DNA of 64,000 nucleotides from an uncultured Candidatus Peribacteria bacterium (GCA_964514565.1 CAZERA010000001.1:372001-436000); one strand, 5' to 3'. Positions 51,477-60,604 are shown, counted from the first letter of the stretch. Notes: generated from the sequence alone by a model not told the origin. Numbers and translations are program-made.

Positions 51477-51839
51477 TTACGATAACTTCATTAGCATTGG
51501 ATTTAATACCCAGTGCTCGCTTGACTGATTCATTAGCATTTTCCAATCTCCGCCTGCTCTGATCACCTTATGTAATGTCTCTCGAGCTGCCCTTATCTCT
51601 TGAATGTAAGTTTTTAATCCTCTGGCTTCCAATTCACTCAGATATAAATCCAACCTAGCCATCTCTGTGGGAGCGTCTGTGCTGGTTACAGCAGTAATCG
51701 CGTCTTCTATCAGCGTTCGTTCCGATTTTGTTACTGTTGCTGGTAATCCATATTGACCAATGTCACCAGTCCTAGTAGTAATTCTGATTGGAGCGGGTGG
51801 TGGTGGAGCAACTGTGAGTTTTCTTGTTCTGTCAGCCAT
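51477..51839 (-). CDS. hypothetical protein
   Basis: 120 aa with Pro-rich N-terminus; ends 7 nt before the 662-aa gene on the same strand. Confidence 0.6.
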   Translation of the reverse strand: MADRTRKLTVAPPPPAPIRITTRTGDIGQYGLPATVTKSERTLIEDAITAVTSTDAPTEMARLDLYLSELEARGLKTYIQEIRAARETLHKVIRAGGDWKMLMNQSSEHWVLNPMLMKLS

Positions 51840-51936
51840 AAGAGTAAGTGTTTTTCCAATTACTATACCATAATTTAGTAAAGAGTAGTAATTGAAAGCG
51901 TAATTTGATAAGGTCGAACCGTTTTCAACTTATATT

Positions 51937-53388
51937 ATGCCCCTTTTTCTTTACGATACCCTTAGCAAGAGCAAGCGTGAATTTGTACCTTTGCACGACA
52001 AAACAGTCAGACTCTATACTTGTGGACTTACTGTCTACAACTACGGGCATATCGGCAATTTCTCCCATTATATCTTTGTAGATTTTCTCAAAAACTATCT
52101 CAAGTTTGTTGGTTATAAAGTAATGCATGTGCGTAATATTACTGATGTTGGTCATTTAGTTGATGATGCTGATAGTGGGGAGGACAAAATGCTCAAAGCA
52201 GCCAAAGTAGAAGGTAAAGATCCTTGGCAGATTGCTGCTTTTTATACGGAAGCTTTTCATAAAGACTGTGCGATTCTTGGTTTGTCCGTACCTGATGTCG
52301 AGCCAAAAGCTACTGAGCATATTGCTGGGATGATTACGATGATTGAGCAACTGATCGAAAAGGGGATTGCTTACAAAGCAGCTGATGGAGTGTATTTCTC
52401 AGTAGATGCTTGGGGTAAATATGGCGAACTGTCTGGCAATAAGGTGGAGTCATTACTAGCTGGAGCACGTGTGGAGATTAATCCCAATAAAAAACATCCA
52501 GCTGACTTTGCGCTCTGGAAGACTGATCAGCCACATCATGTGATGCTTTGGGATAGTCCCTGGGGTAAAGGATATCCTGGCTGGCATATCGAGTGTAGTG
52601 CTATGAGTAAGGAATATCTGGGTGAAGAGCTTGATATTCATACTGGTGGAGAAGACAATATATTTCCTCATCATGAGTGTGAAATTGCTCAAAGCGAAGG
52701 GGTGAGTGGTAAGAAATTTGTGAACTTCTGGATGCACAAGAGACATCTGCTACTCAATGGAGAAAAGATGTCTAAATCTAAAGGTAATCTATATACCTTA
52801 GTCACCCTTCATGAAGCTTGGCAAAAACAAGGCTTCTTGGGCACTCTTGAACAAGCTGCTCAGATATTTAAGTTCTTAATTTTATCTGCTCATTACCGTT
52901 CACAATTAGATTTTACTTTTGATACACTCACTGCAGCATACAAAGCTTGGGAGAGATTGGAACTTACCTACCAGCGTATTCGTTCAGCAATGGTCAATGA
53001 TAGTTTGTCGGGTATTCGTCCTGAGTTGGAGCAATACAACTTACATTTCTTCCAAGCGCTTGATGATGATCTCAATACTCCCAATGCATTGGGTGCACTG
53101 TTTAGCTATAGTAATGTAATCAATACTGCCTTGGATGGGGGTGGCCTTTCACAGATTGAACAAGAGCATGGCCTTAGTTTGTTCCAGAACTTTTTCGACC
53201 TATTCCAAATTACTTTGGATACTCAGAGTATTTCTGCTGAAGAGAAAAAATTGATCGAACAACGTGAGCTTGCTCGTCAGTCAAAAGACTGGCCGGAATC
53301 AGATCGTTTGCGAGATCAATTATTGGCTATGGGATTGGAGATAAAAGATGGTAAGGGGGGCGTACAATGGAAGAAAAAACTGATATAA
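51937..53388 (+). CDS. cysS: cysteine--tRNA ligase
   Basis: YTCG.TVY...[39 protein letters not shown]. Confidence 0.97.
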   Translation: MPLFLYDTLSKSKREFVPLHDKTVRLYTCGLTVYNYGHIGNFSHYIFVDFLKNYLKFVGYKVMHVRNITDVGHLVDDADSGEDKMLKAAKVEGKDPWQIAAFYTEAFHKDCAILGLSVPDVEPKATEHIAGMITMIEQLIEKGIAYKAADGVYFSVDAWGKYGELSGNKVESLLAGARVEINPNKKHPADFALWKTDQPHHVMLWDSPWGKGYPGWHIECSAMSKEYLGEELDIHTGGEDNIFPHHECEIAQSEGVSGKKFVNFWMHKRHLLLNGEKMSKSKGNLYTLVTLHEAWQKQGFLGTLEQAAQIFKFLILSAHYRSQLDFTFDTLTAAYKAWERLELTYQRIRSAMVNDSLSGIRPELEQYNLHFFQALDDDLNTPNALGALFSYSNVINTALDGGGLSQIEQEHGLSLFQNFFDLFQITLDTQSISAEEKKLIEQRELARQSKDWPESDRLRDQLLAMGLEIKDGKGGVQWKKKLI

Positions 53389-53412
53389 TTTGTTGGTTTT
53401 TACCCAGTAAAC

Positions 53413-53441
53413 TTGTACGGAAAGGTGATTTGTGCCATACT
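53413..53441 (+). promoter_or_regulatory. sigma70-type promoter upstream of the metG leader
   Basis: TTGTAC-N17-CATACT. Confidence 0.45.
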
Positions 53442-53477
53442 ATGTGATGTACCGTCGAATCTATTTTCTGAAAATAG

Positions 53478-53518
53478 AACGATCCTAGATCTAGCAGAGA
53501 TCAGGATCGTTTTTATTT
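53478..53518 (+). terminator. intrinsic terminator between cysS and metG
   Basis: AACGATCCT-a-GATCT-agcag-AGATC-AGGATCGTT followed by TTTATTT. Confidence 0.7.
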
Positions 53519-53529
53519 GCATTCCTAAC

Positions 53530-53557
53530 TGTAAATTGTAAATTGTAAATTGTTAAT
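53530..53557 (+). repeat. heptamer array (TGTAAAT)x3+TGTTAAT upstream of metG
   Basis: exact tandem repeat ending 10 nt before the metG ATG. Confidence 0.75.
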
Positions 53558-53567
53558 TAATAAGCTT

Positions 53568-55055
53568 ATGTCTGACCCAAAAAATCCGGTACAAATCATG
53601 ACTTCAATTGCTTACGTCAATGGAGCACCTCACGTAGGATATGCTCTTGAGCTACTGCAAGCTGATGTCTATGCTCGTTATTACCGTATGCGAGGACACC
53701 CAGTTTATTTTCTTACTGGTACTGATGAACACGGTAGTAAGATATTTAAAAGTGCCAAAGATGCTGGCAAAGATACTCAAGACTTTGTCGACGAAAATGC
53801 TGCTAAATTTCAATCATTGGCCCAAGCATTTCAAATAAGCAATGATGACTTTATTCGCACAACAGATCGTAAACGTCATTGGCCAGCGGTTATTAAACTT
53901 TGGAATATTCTCAAAGAAGAAGGCTTATTGGAAAAGCGCACTTATGAGGGATTGTATTGTGAAGGATGTGAATCATTCAAGACCGAGAAGGATTTGATCG
54001 ATGGTAAATGCCCTGATCATCTCACTCGTACTTTGCAACGTGTTTCTGAAGAGAACTATTTCTTTTTGCTGAGTAAGTTCAATGATCAAATAAAAGAAGT
54101 GATTGAGAAGAGGATTCTTAACATTTTGCCTCAGCACCGTGCCAATGAAATGCTTAGTCTCACTAAGTCTGGATTGTTGGATGTGAGCTTCTCTCGCTCC
54201 AAGCAAAGTTTACCTTGGGGGATTCCGGTACCAGGAGACGAAGAACAGGTGATGTATGTGTGGTGTGATGCTTTGACTAACTATATCTCAGCTGTAGGCT
54301 ACGCAGATAATACTGATACTTATCAACAATTTTGGGGTAATCCAGAAGCAAAGCGCATGCATTTCGTGGGAAAAGATATTCAACGTTTTCATGCTACAAT
54401 TTGGCCAGGTATGTTATTAGCAGCCAAGGTACCTGTACCTACTGATATTTATGTACATGGCTATATCTCGCTCAATGGAGAAAGAATGAGCAAGTCGTCT
54501 GGTACTAGTGCTGATCCATTTGATTATATTGCTGAATTCGGTGTTGATGCGCTGCGCTATTATCTCGCTCGTGAGATTCCTACATCAGAGGATGGGGACT
54601 TTAACCGCGAACGATTTGTGGAGCTCTATAACGGTGAATTAGCTAACAATCTGGGCAACTTGGTACAACGTGTGGTCGCGATGGCTCTTAAGAATGAGAT
54701 TGTGGTACAGACTGATGCTCCAGTATTGGCAAGTGTGGCTGAGTTTGATCGCGAACTTGATGAGTCACTGGCTAAGTTCGAAATCCATCATGCTATGGGA
54801 GCATTAATGAAGCACTTCAAATCTTTCAATCAATGGATCGATGAGAAGAAACCTTGGGAAATGGCCAAGACTGATAAAGCTGGAGTTGTTGTTACTCTGA
54901 GTACTATTCTGAACACCTTGAAAGCGATGGTTCCCTATGTAGAAATTTTCTTGCCTGAGACTGCTAAGAAGATGAAAGCTAAATTGGGATTGGATGAGAA
55001 AGGACAGGGGAATGTCGTACCCCAAATTACGGAAGGGTTGTTTATGCGCAAGTAA
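53568..55055 (+). CDS. metG: methionine--tRNA ligase
   Basis: YVNG.PHVG, TGTDEHG.K, FIRTT, YC..CE, YVW.DAL.NY, GKDI, RMSKS; ATG 53568 preferred. Confidence 0.96.
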   Translation: MSDPKNPVQIMTSIAYVNGAPHVGYALELLQADVYARYYRMRGHPVYFLTGTDEHGSKIFKSAKDAGKDTQDFVDENAAKFQSLAQAFQISNDDFIRTTDRKRHWPAVIKLWNILKEEGLLEKRTYEGLYCEGCESFKTEKDLIDGKCPDHLTRTLQRVSEENYFFLLSKFNDQIKEVIEKRILNILPQHRANEMLSLTKSGLLDVSFSRSKQSLPWGIPVPGDEEQVMYVWCDALTNYISAVGYADNTDTYQQFWGNPEAKRMHFVGKDIQRFHATIWPGMLLAAKVPVPTDIYVHGYISLNGERMSKSSGTSADPFDYIAEFGVDALRYYLAREIPTSEDGDFNRERFVELYNGELANNLGNLVQRVVAMALKNEIVVQTDAPVLASVAEFDRELDESLAKFEIHHAMGALMKHFKSFNQWIDEKKPWEMAKTDKAGVVVTLSTILNTLKAMVPYVEIFLPETAKKMKAKLGLDEKGQGNVVPQITEGLFMRK

Positions 55056-55087
55056 ATTGCCTCTCATCAATTTAATCTAATAAAAGT

Positions 55088-55885
55088 ATGTTTCAAATTT
55101 GGATCGTCAGTATGGCTGTCGCTCTCATTATTGGTGCCGGAGTTCCTACTTCAGTATCAACTAAACCAAAATCATCTCCTTATAGTGCGTGGCAGATTGA
55201 TTTTAATGGCAATTATTCTAGTTTGTATGCCAGTCAATTTGCTCCTGAAAGTGATCCCAAGGCCTATTGTTTGGGGGGAGATTCTACAATTAGTGGTCAG
55301 GATGGGGATCTACTCAGTTCAATGATTGTGGATACTAGCTTACAAGAGTGGATGCGTAGCCAACACTTTGATAGTTCACTGCTAGATACTGCTGCTTTGA
55401 AACGGATTGAGTTGGCAATGGCCAGGGCTACACAAGCAAAATTGAACAAAAATTTTTATGCTTATCAGGTGTGTTGGAGTGAAAAGGCTCAAACTGCAGT
55501 GGCAAGTGGTGTTGCAGATTATGAAGATAAGAGTCAGTTCAAAAATGGTATAGCCTATAAAGCTGATGGGTATCCTGATTGGCCAAATGAAGTATTGATA
55601 GTGATGCAAGGGGACACCGTCTCTGTATTGAGTAAATCAGAAATTAATGATTTGCGGCTTTTTGGTAATACCGTCACTGGAGCAGAAACGGGTGCTTGTG
55701 CTGCAACACTAAAAAAACAAACATTGGAATGGAGCTGTTTTGTGAGTACAAGTCTTACAGATCCCACTCTTCCTGAAGATACTGACCGGACTAGAGACTG
55801 GATTATTCCTTTGCAAGATAAGTTAGTTGATCCTCAGATGATCACTAGTAAGCTAGTAAATGTTTCTTTTCCTAGAGGTTTTTAG
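55088..55885 (+). CDS. hypothetical secreted protein (4 Cys)
   Basis: hydrophobic N-terminal signal or anchor; 265 aa. Confidence 0.7.
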   Translation: MFQIWIVSMAVALIIGAGVPTSVSTKPKSSPYSAWQIDFNGNYSSLYASQFAPESDPKAYCLGGDSTISGQDGDLLSSMIVDTSLQEWMRSQHFDSSLLDTAALKRIELAMARATQAKLNKNFYAYQVCWSEKAQTAVASGVADYEDKSQFKNGIAYKADGYPDWPNEVLIVMQGDTVSVLSKSEINDLRLFGNTVTGAETGACAATLKKQTLEWSCFVSTSLTDPTLPEDTDRTRDWIIPLQDKLVDPQMITSKLVNVSFPRGF

Positions 55886-56597
55886 TGACAAGAATCAAAG
55901 TGTGCTGAAAGGGAAATATGTACTTGTTTCCTTTTTTGTATTTACTATTCATTATCTGAGTAAGCTGATCTCTCTTAGCAAGAAAGTCTTTTTTGAGAGC
56001 AGCAATGCCATTGCTGGCTACGAAAGCTAGGCTGTTGATTAGCATCTCAACGGAGTCGCTCTGTACTGTAGTTGTCACTACTTTGATTTGAATAGAACCA
56101 AGTGTGCTTAAGTAATTCACCATGTCATCGTAATTGGTTTGGAATTGACTAGTATCGACTGCTAGTCCAATTTCTTTACGTAGTAGATTCCAATCATCTG
56201 ATTCACCTTGGTAAGTAAACAAGATAATTTTGCCACTAGGATTGAGTAAGTTTTGAGCTGCTTCAATGACAGATTGCCAATTATTGGTGCGATGAGAAAT
56301 CACATGCGACAGTTGTATCGTGTCATAGCGATCAGCCACAAAGCAGGGGAACTCGCAATCAATAACATCTAAATGTGCTGCTTTGAGATTGGCTACATGA
56401 TCACGGTTGCGTTCAATTGCAGTGTATTTTGCTACTAATGAAGCAAGTGGGATCGCTAAAAGTCCATCACCGGCACCAATATCCAGTAATGATTCTGTCC
56501 CTTGTAGTTCTGTTTTAATCTGAGCCAACAAGACCTTTTTCTCGTCAGTTAGTTTCAAGAATTGAGCAAAATCTTGAGCGTAGGCTGTGGTACTCAT
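55872..56597 (-). CDS. class I SAM-dependent methyltransferase
   Basis: LLDIGAGDG, TAIE, YD.I.LSHV, L.P.G. Confidence 0.88.
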   Translation of the reverse strand: MSTTAYAQDFAQFLKLTDEKKVLLAQIKTELQGTESLLDIGAGDGLLAIPLASLVAKYTAIERNRDHVANLKAAHLDVIDCEFPCFVADRYDTIQLSHVISHRTNNWQSVIEAAQNLLNPSGKIILFTYQGESDDWNLLRKEIGLAVDTSQFQTNYDDMVNYLSTLGSIQIKVVTTTVQSDSVEMLINSLAFVASNGIAALKKDFLAKRDQLTQIMNSKYKKGNKYIFPFQHTLILVTKNL

Positions 56598-56704
56598 AAT
56601 GATTTAGTAAGTTTCTTTGAGTGTAAGCGCAATGGTTTAAGTGACAATCTATTACTCACCATTTTGGGATAGAAGGATTACTAGTTTGTTGTGGAGATAA
56701 AAAG

Positions 56705-57313
56705 CTATTCGTGCTCAAAAAGCCGATATGGGCGTCTGTCTACAGAGAATTCTTGGCCAACCATAATAATTCCTTCTTCAAACACACTTCCTACCACCCC
56801 ACGGATCCCCATGGCTAACTTAGCAAACTCAGCAGCTCTGGCTTGTGGATAATATTTTTCAATTTGCTCTCCTGCACCTTTGCAAGGCAAGTTTTCTGAC
56901 ATCAATAGCCAACTGCATTCCGGAAATGCTAAAAGTGATGTGGGCGGTAATTGTGTAAATTTAGGAATACCGCTTACTAGCATATTTGCTCCTACTAATT
57001 GAGCTAAATGTTTAGCTATTTCAAAGGTTTTAGGCAGATTATATTTCTCAGCCAGGACTAACATTTCTTCAACTGAAACAGCGCTCCATTGTCTCCAATT
57101 CATTACTTTGGCTCTAATCTCAGTTTTTGGTCTCAAAAATATCTCTCTTTCGCGCACACCACTAGTATCGCGAAACTTGCCTGCATGTTTATCGCCTTCA
57201 ATGCCCAGTAAGGTACAGCGAATTTGATCTCGAAATGATGAAATCTTGTCGTCCGGCGGACTGTCGACCATGAGAGCTTCGACGAGCCCTATTAGTTTTA
57301 CTTTTTCACTCAT
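56705..57313 (-). CDS. MOSC domain protein
   Basis: GIEGDKH.G, RQ.S.VS.EE, GAN.LV.G, N.PC, RG.V..V...G.I..G. Confidence 0.8.
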   Translation of the reverse strand: MSEKVKLIGLVEALMVDSPPDDKISSFRDQIRCTLLGIEGDKHAGKFRDTSGVREREIFLRPKTEIRAKVMNWRQWSAVSVEEMLVLAEKYNLPKTFEIAKHLAQLVGANMLVSGIPKFTQLPPTSLLAFPECSWLLMSENLPCKGAGEQIEKYYPQARAAEFAKLAMGIRGVVGSVFEEGIIMVGQEFSVDRRPYRLFEHE

Positions 57314-57471
57314 GATTACTAATTCATTAGTACATTACTTAAACATAAACTGTTGCTTAGAGCAATAATCTTCATGATATCTTATTGTTCACAAACGATT
57401 GTTCGAAAATGGGGATACTACTGGTATTTGGGTTAGAAACTCTGCTAGTATCAATCCTCCTATTCATTGCC

Positions 57472-57855
57472 ATGAATGCTACTTCTCAACTGAGCTCACG
57501 AGCGTTAATTCTTCCCTTGGGGCAACGGGATCGTACCTGGTCTTTCACTTTGGATCCAAAAGAAGTACTGAATGTGATTGGTTATCAGAAAATTGATCGG
57601 TTGATGATCTGGGAAATTTTAGCTGCTCGCCAAGGCGTAGAGCAGGAGCATTTTGCGCGAGTAAACGCTATTTTGACGGCGGTATTGGTAGAGCTACGAC
57701 TGAGTGGGTGGATTGAACATGAAGACGTGCGTGGTAGGGTTTGGTACAGAAGAACTATCAACCAATCGTTGGGTAGTGATTATCCTTTTAGCCGACACTT
57801 TTTAAATGGTTTGCGAAGAAAGTTTGCGCGAGAACCTGAAAAAGCTGGACTGTAG
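57472..57855 (+). CDS. hypothetical protein, possibly winged-helix
   Basis: LVELRLSGWIE.....RVWYRRT resembles a PadR/MarR-type wing; start uncertain (57385 alternative). Confidence 0.45.
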   Translation: MNATSQLSSRALILPLGQRDRTWSFTLDPKEVLNVIGYQKIDRLMIWEILAARQGVEQEHFARVNAILTAVLVELRLSGWIEHEDVRGRVWYRRTINQSLGSDYPFSRHFLNGLRRKFAREPEKAGL

Positions 57856-57947
57856 AAACCGTTGATAAGGTCATTCTCTTGCTAAGAAAAGTGGGGTCTT
57901 TACAGATCAGAACTATGGTGTATTTTGTAAGCAGGTCACAGAACACT

Positions 57948-58016
57948 ATGTTTCATCCTTCTGCTCACAACTTTGCTTACTATTATTACGCTCATTACTG
58001 CGTGAGGAATATTTAG
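57948..58016 (+). CDS. putative leader peptide MFHPSAHNFAYYYYAHYCVRNI
   Basis: 22-codon uORF with four consecutive Tyr codons, lying before a terminator in the 5' leader of the 58088 gene. Confidence 0.55.
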   Translation: MFHPSAHNFAYYYYAHYCVRNI

Positions 58017-58040
58017 TGATCAAATTTTATTTCGATTTCT

Positions 58041-58073
58041 AAAGCACCTCACATCAGTGGGGCGCTTTTTTTT
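58041..58073 (+). terminator. intrinsic terminator in a 5' leader (attenuator)
   Basis: AAAGCACCTCAC-ATCA-GTGGGGCGCTTT plus T-run, ending 14 nt upstream of ATG 58088. Confidence 0.8.
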
Positions 58074-58087
58074 ATTAATTATATTTT

Positions 58088-58987
58088 ATGAAAAACCATC
58101 AACAAATTTTCGGAAAAGGAGTAGAGGTAGAAGGATTTTTACTCAGAGATGACGGGAGTGTAGTAGAGCTAATCAATGGAAAGCCAGCAGCAGAGTTGGT
58201 GATTGCAGAAGTAACTCGAAGACATCCTGGTTTGCATGGTTCATTAACACTAGAACAAGCTTCACCAATAGTGGAAATCAGTACTGGTGTACATAACGAC
58301 TTTGCCACTGCTATCGACGAAATATTTGAGAAGAAAACTTTACTCAATGCGGTAGCTGCCAGACACGGAGCAAGTTTGGTTTTTACACCTGTACCACCCA
58401 AACCATTTCGTTTTATTGCTGCTTCTTCTGACCCAACTTCGCATTCATTTCAATTGGTTGAAGAATGGAGCAAGGCAGTGGATGGCGATGAACAGCTCTT
58501 GGCAACTGCGACAGCATCAGTACAGTTTAATACCTCCACTCTTTTTCGAGGCAAAAACCAACGCCAACGTTGGGAGATTGCTAGAGCTGTTCATAACAAA
58601 CTGAGTAGCAACTTTGCGGTTTTGAATAAAGAAAATGGAAAATTGGTAGATGCTCGCGGGCGAACAAGATTAGAGATTGCGGGATGGCTGCTGCACCGGG
58701 TGAAAGCAGAACGGTTTGCTGCTAAAGGGATGCCAATTGAATGGAGTACTGTGCCACCACCATTTGAAGGTGTAAAAGCGATGCAATGGTGGATGTGTGC
58801 TCATTCAGATGTCAGGAACATTCGAAAGGCAGAGTGTAAAAAAGAGCATGCTTTTACTGGGAAAATAAAGCGCCAAGGATTCTGGGCTGTGGAGACTCGC
58901 ATCGATGATGCTGTCGATAGCGCAAAAGCCATGCTAAATTTAGCTCGTGCTAGAGAACGACTTTTAAATGAAGCTCTATGCGAATAA
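58088..58987 (+). CDS. glutamate--cysteine ligase family 2 (GCS2)/carboxylate-amine ligase-like protein
   Basis: GVEVEGFL (GxExE), LE...IVEISTGV, ASVQFN (S.H/Q.x), late K...VETRI.D. Confidence 0.72.
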   Translation: MKNHQQIFGKGVEVEGFLLRDDGSVVELINGKPAAELVIAEVTRRHPGLHGSLTLEQASPIVEISTGVHNDFATAIDEIFEKKTLLNAVAARHGASLVFTPVPPKPFRFIAASSDPTSHSFQLVEEWSKAVDGDEQLLATATASVQFNTSTLFRGKNQRQRWEIARAVHNKLSSNFAVLNKENGKLVDARGRTRLEIAGWLLHRVKAERFAAKGMPIEWSTVPPPFEGVKAMQWWMCAHSDVRNIRKAECKKEHAFTGKIKRQGFWAVETRIDDAVDSAKAMLNLARARERLLNEALCE

Positions 58988-59685
58988 TAATTGTTGATTT
59001 AATTGATTTCCCAGGTGTGGATGCTTTGAACAATGTGAAGCAAGTATTGGATCAGTATGCAACTAGTCACATCGAGTGGGAGAGAGTGGCTTTGAATAGT
59101 GGTAATCCACAATTAGAGAAGCTTGCTCAAGCTGATAAAGTCCTGATTTCTGGCTCCAAGTGGTCTACTTATGAAGAGATTCCTTGGAAAAAAGATCTGG
59201 AGCAGATTTATAAAGCACTAGCTGAGAAACAGATTTCTACCTATGCAGTATGTTTTGGCGCTCAATTTTTAGCGCAATTCTTGGGTGGAAAAGTAAGCAA
59301 GAATCCTCATGGGACGGAATTTGGTTCGATCTCTGTCAGCCTGACTGAAGCTGGCAAAAAGAATGCTTTGCTTCAAGGTTTTGATCAAGAGCGAAAGCTG
59401 CATGCTACTCACAATGATCATATCGAGACACTGCCTGGATCTTGTGAACTGCTAGCTTATAATGACAATACTGCTGTACAAGCTTTTCACTATCAAAACT
59501 TTTTTGCTACGCAGTTTCATCCAGATATTCCGCTCCATGAGATTGAAGGACTACTGAATGGTAGAAAAGAAAAGTATCAAGCTAGCGGAGTAATACGTGA
59601 TGAAGAACACTTTAAACAGACGAAAGAAGATTTGAAGCTAGGCCGGGCTGGTTATCAGATACTAGCTCGATTCTTGTCATTGTAA
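58978..59685 (+). CDS. class I glutamine amidotransferase / gamma-glutamyl peptidase-like protein
   Basis: ISGS, VCFGAQ (Cys nucleophile), H.D.I..LP, QFHPD; overlaps the ligase stop. Confidence 0.9.
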   Translation: MRIIIVDLIDFPGVDALNNVKQVLDQYATSHIEWERVALNSGNPQLEKLAQADKVLISGSKWSTYEEIPWKKDLEQIYKALAEKQISTYAVCFGAQFLAQFLGGKVSKNPHGTEFGSISVSLTEAGKKNALLQGFDQERKLHATHNDHIETLPGSCELLAYNDNTAVQAFHYQNFFATQFHPDIPLHEIEGLLNGRKEKYQASGVIRDEEHFKQTKEDLKLGRAGYQILARFLSL

Positions 59686-59719
59686 GGAGATTGTTGTAGT
59701 TTGATCTCCTTTTAATTTT
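59684..59719 (+). terminator. possible intrinsic terminator after the amidotransferase gene
   Basis: AAGGAGATTG-ttgtagtt-TGATCTCCTT followed by TTAATTTT. Confidence 0.5.
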
Positions 59720-59722
59720 GGG

Positions 59723-60604
59723 ATGTCAGTAAATGAGGCTATTCCTGTAATAACAGTGGTGGTGGATCGTGACGTAGGGGATACGTTTGAGCAAGATATT
59801 CAATATAGACTATCTCGAGTACAATTTCTGTCTCCTGCCAGTGATCGTCTACTTCGTTTACCTGAAGCAGTATTTACTCAAATATGTGAAGCTGCTAGCT
59901 CAGAATCCGCTGCTGTAACTATTGCAACTGCGCGCAGAGCATCAGGAATACGTAAGCAAGCCCGTCGTCGATGGTCTGCAGTTTTGTCTGGAGCTAGCAA
60001 ATCCGATAATGAAGCGGCTCAGATGATGATGGAGAGTCGAGTGAGATTGGTATTCCTACTCGATACATTTGGCGGTTGCGTCAGTACAGAAAAGAAATTG
60101 GTGCGGTATGGTAATCGGGTACGGAGAAATGGCGGAGAGGTATGGGCTTTTGGTAAAAAAAAGGTAAATAGCGCAGGTGCTATGCTATTTATGTCTGCTG
60201 ATCCGGCGCGACGTTACTTACATGAGCATACTTCAGTGCTTTTCCATTTGAGTACTTGGGCAAGAGAGGATAGCTCTCATACACGAACTACACCGCAGAT
60301 TAGTCGAAGTAGATTGCAGGAAATAGCTGATCTAAAGAGAATCCTAGCTACCTCAGTAAGCCATGCTGGTTATGCATCTCACTTGAATAATATGGTAAAA
60401 AGAAAGGATTTAGCTGCCCCCATGGGCGAAGATTTTGATGTAGTATTTTCTGCCCAAGAAGCAAAAAGGTATTGGGGGGTGCATGTGCATGAAAGAGATG
60501 AAATGCTGAATATTTATGGCAGTTTACTGGGAAATAACAAACAAGCTAGAAGGCTTTTGTGCTCACGATCTGCCCGTCCTGTTCAACGATTCTTTGGTGT
60601 TTGA
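59723..60604 (+). CDS. divergent ClpP-like (S14/crotonase-fold) peptidase, paralog 1
   Basis: FLLDTFGG.V, NSAGAMLF (Ser), R.L......FH (His), D..FSAQEA..Y.G. Confidence 0.72.
   Translation: MSVNEAIPVITVVVDRDVGDTFEQDIQYRLSRVQFLSPASDRLLRLPEAVFTQICEAASSESAAVTIATARRASGIRKQARRRWSAVLSGASKSDNEAAQMMMESRVRLVFLLDTFGGCVSTEKKLVRYGNRVRRNGGEVWAFGKKKVNSAGAMLFMSADPARRYLHEHTSVLFHLSTWAREDSSHTRTTPQISRSRLQEIADLKRILATSVSHAGYASHLNNMVKRKDLAAPMGEDFDVVFSAQEAKRYWGVHVHERDEMLNIYGSLLGNNKQARRLLCSRSARPVQRFFGV

Noticed and set aside
53400..53567. T-box or SAM riboswitch upstream of metG (also considered for leuS)
   Set aside because: The leader is too short and no T-box (GGTGGNACCGCG) or S-box consensus is visible.
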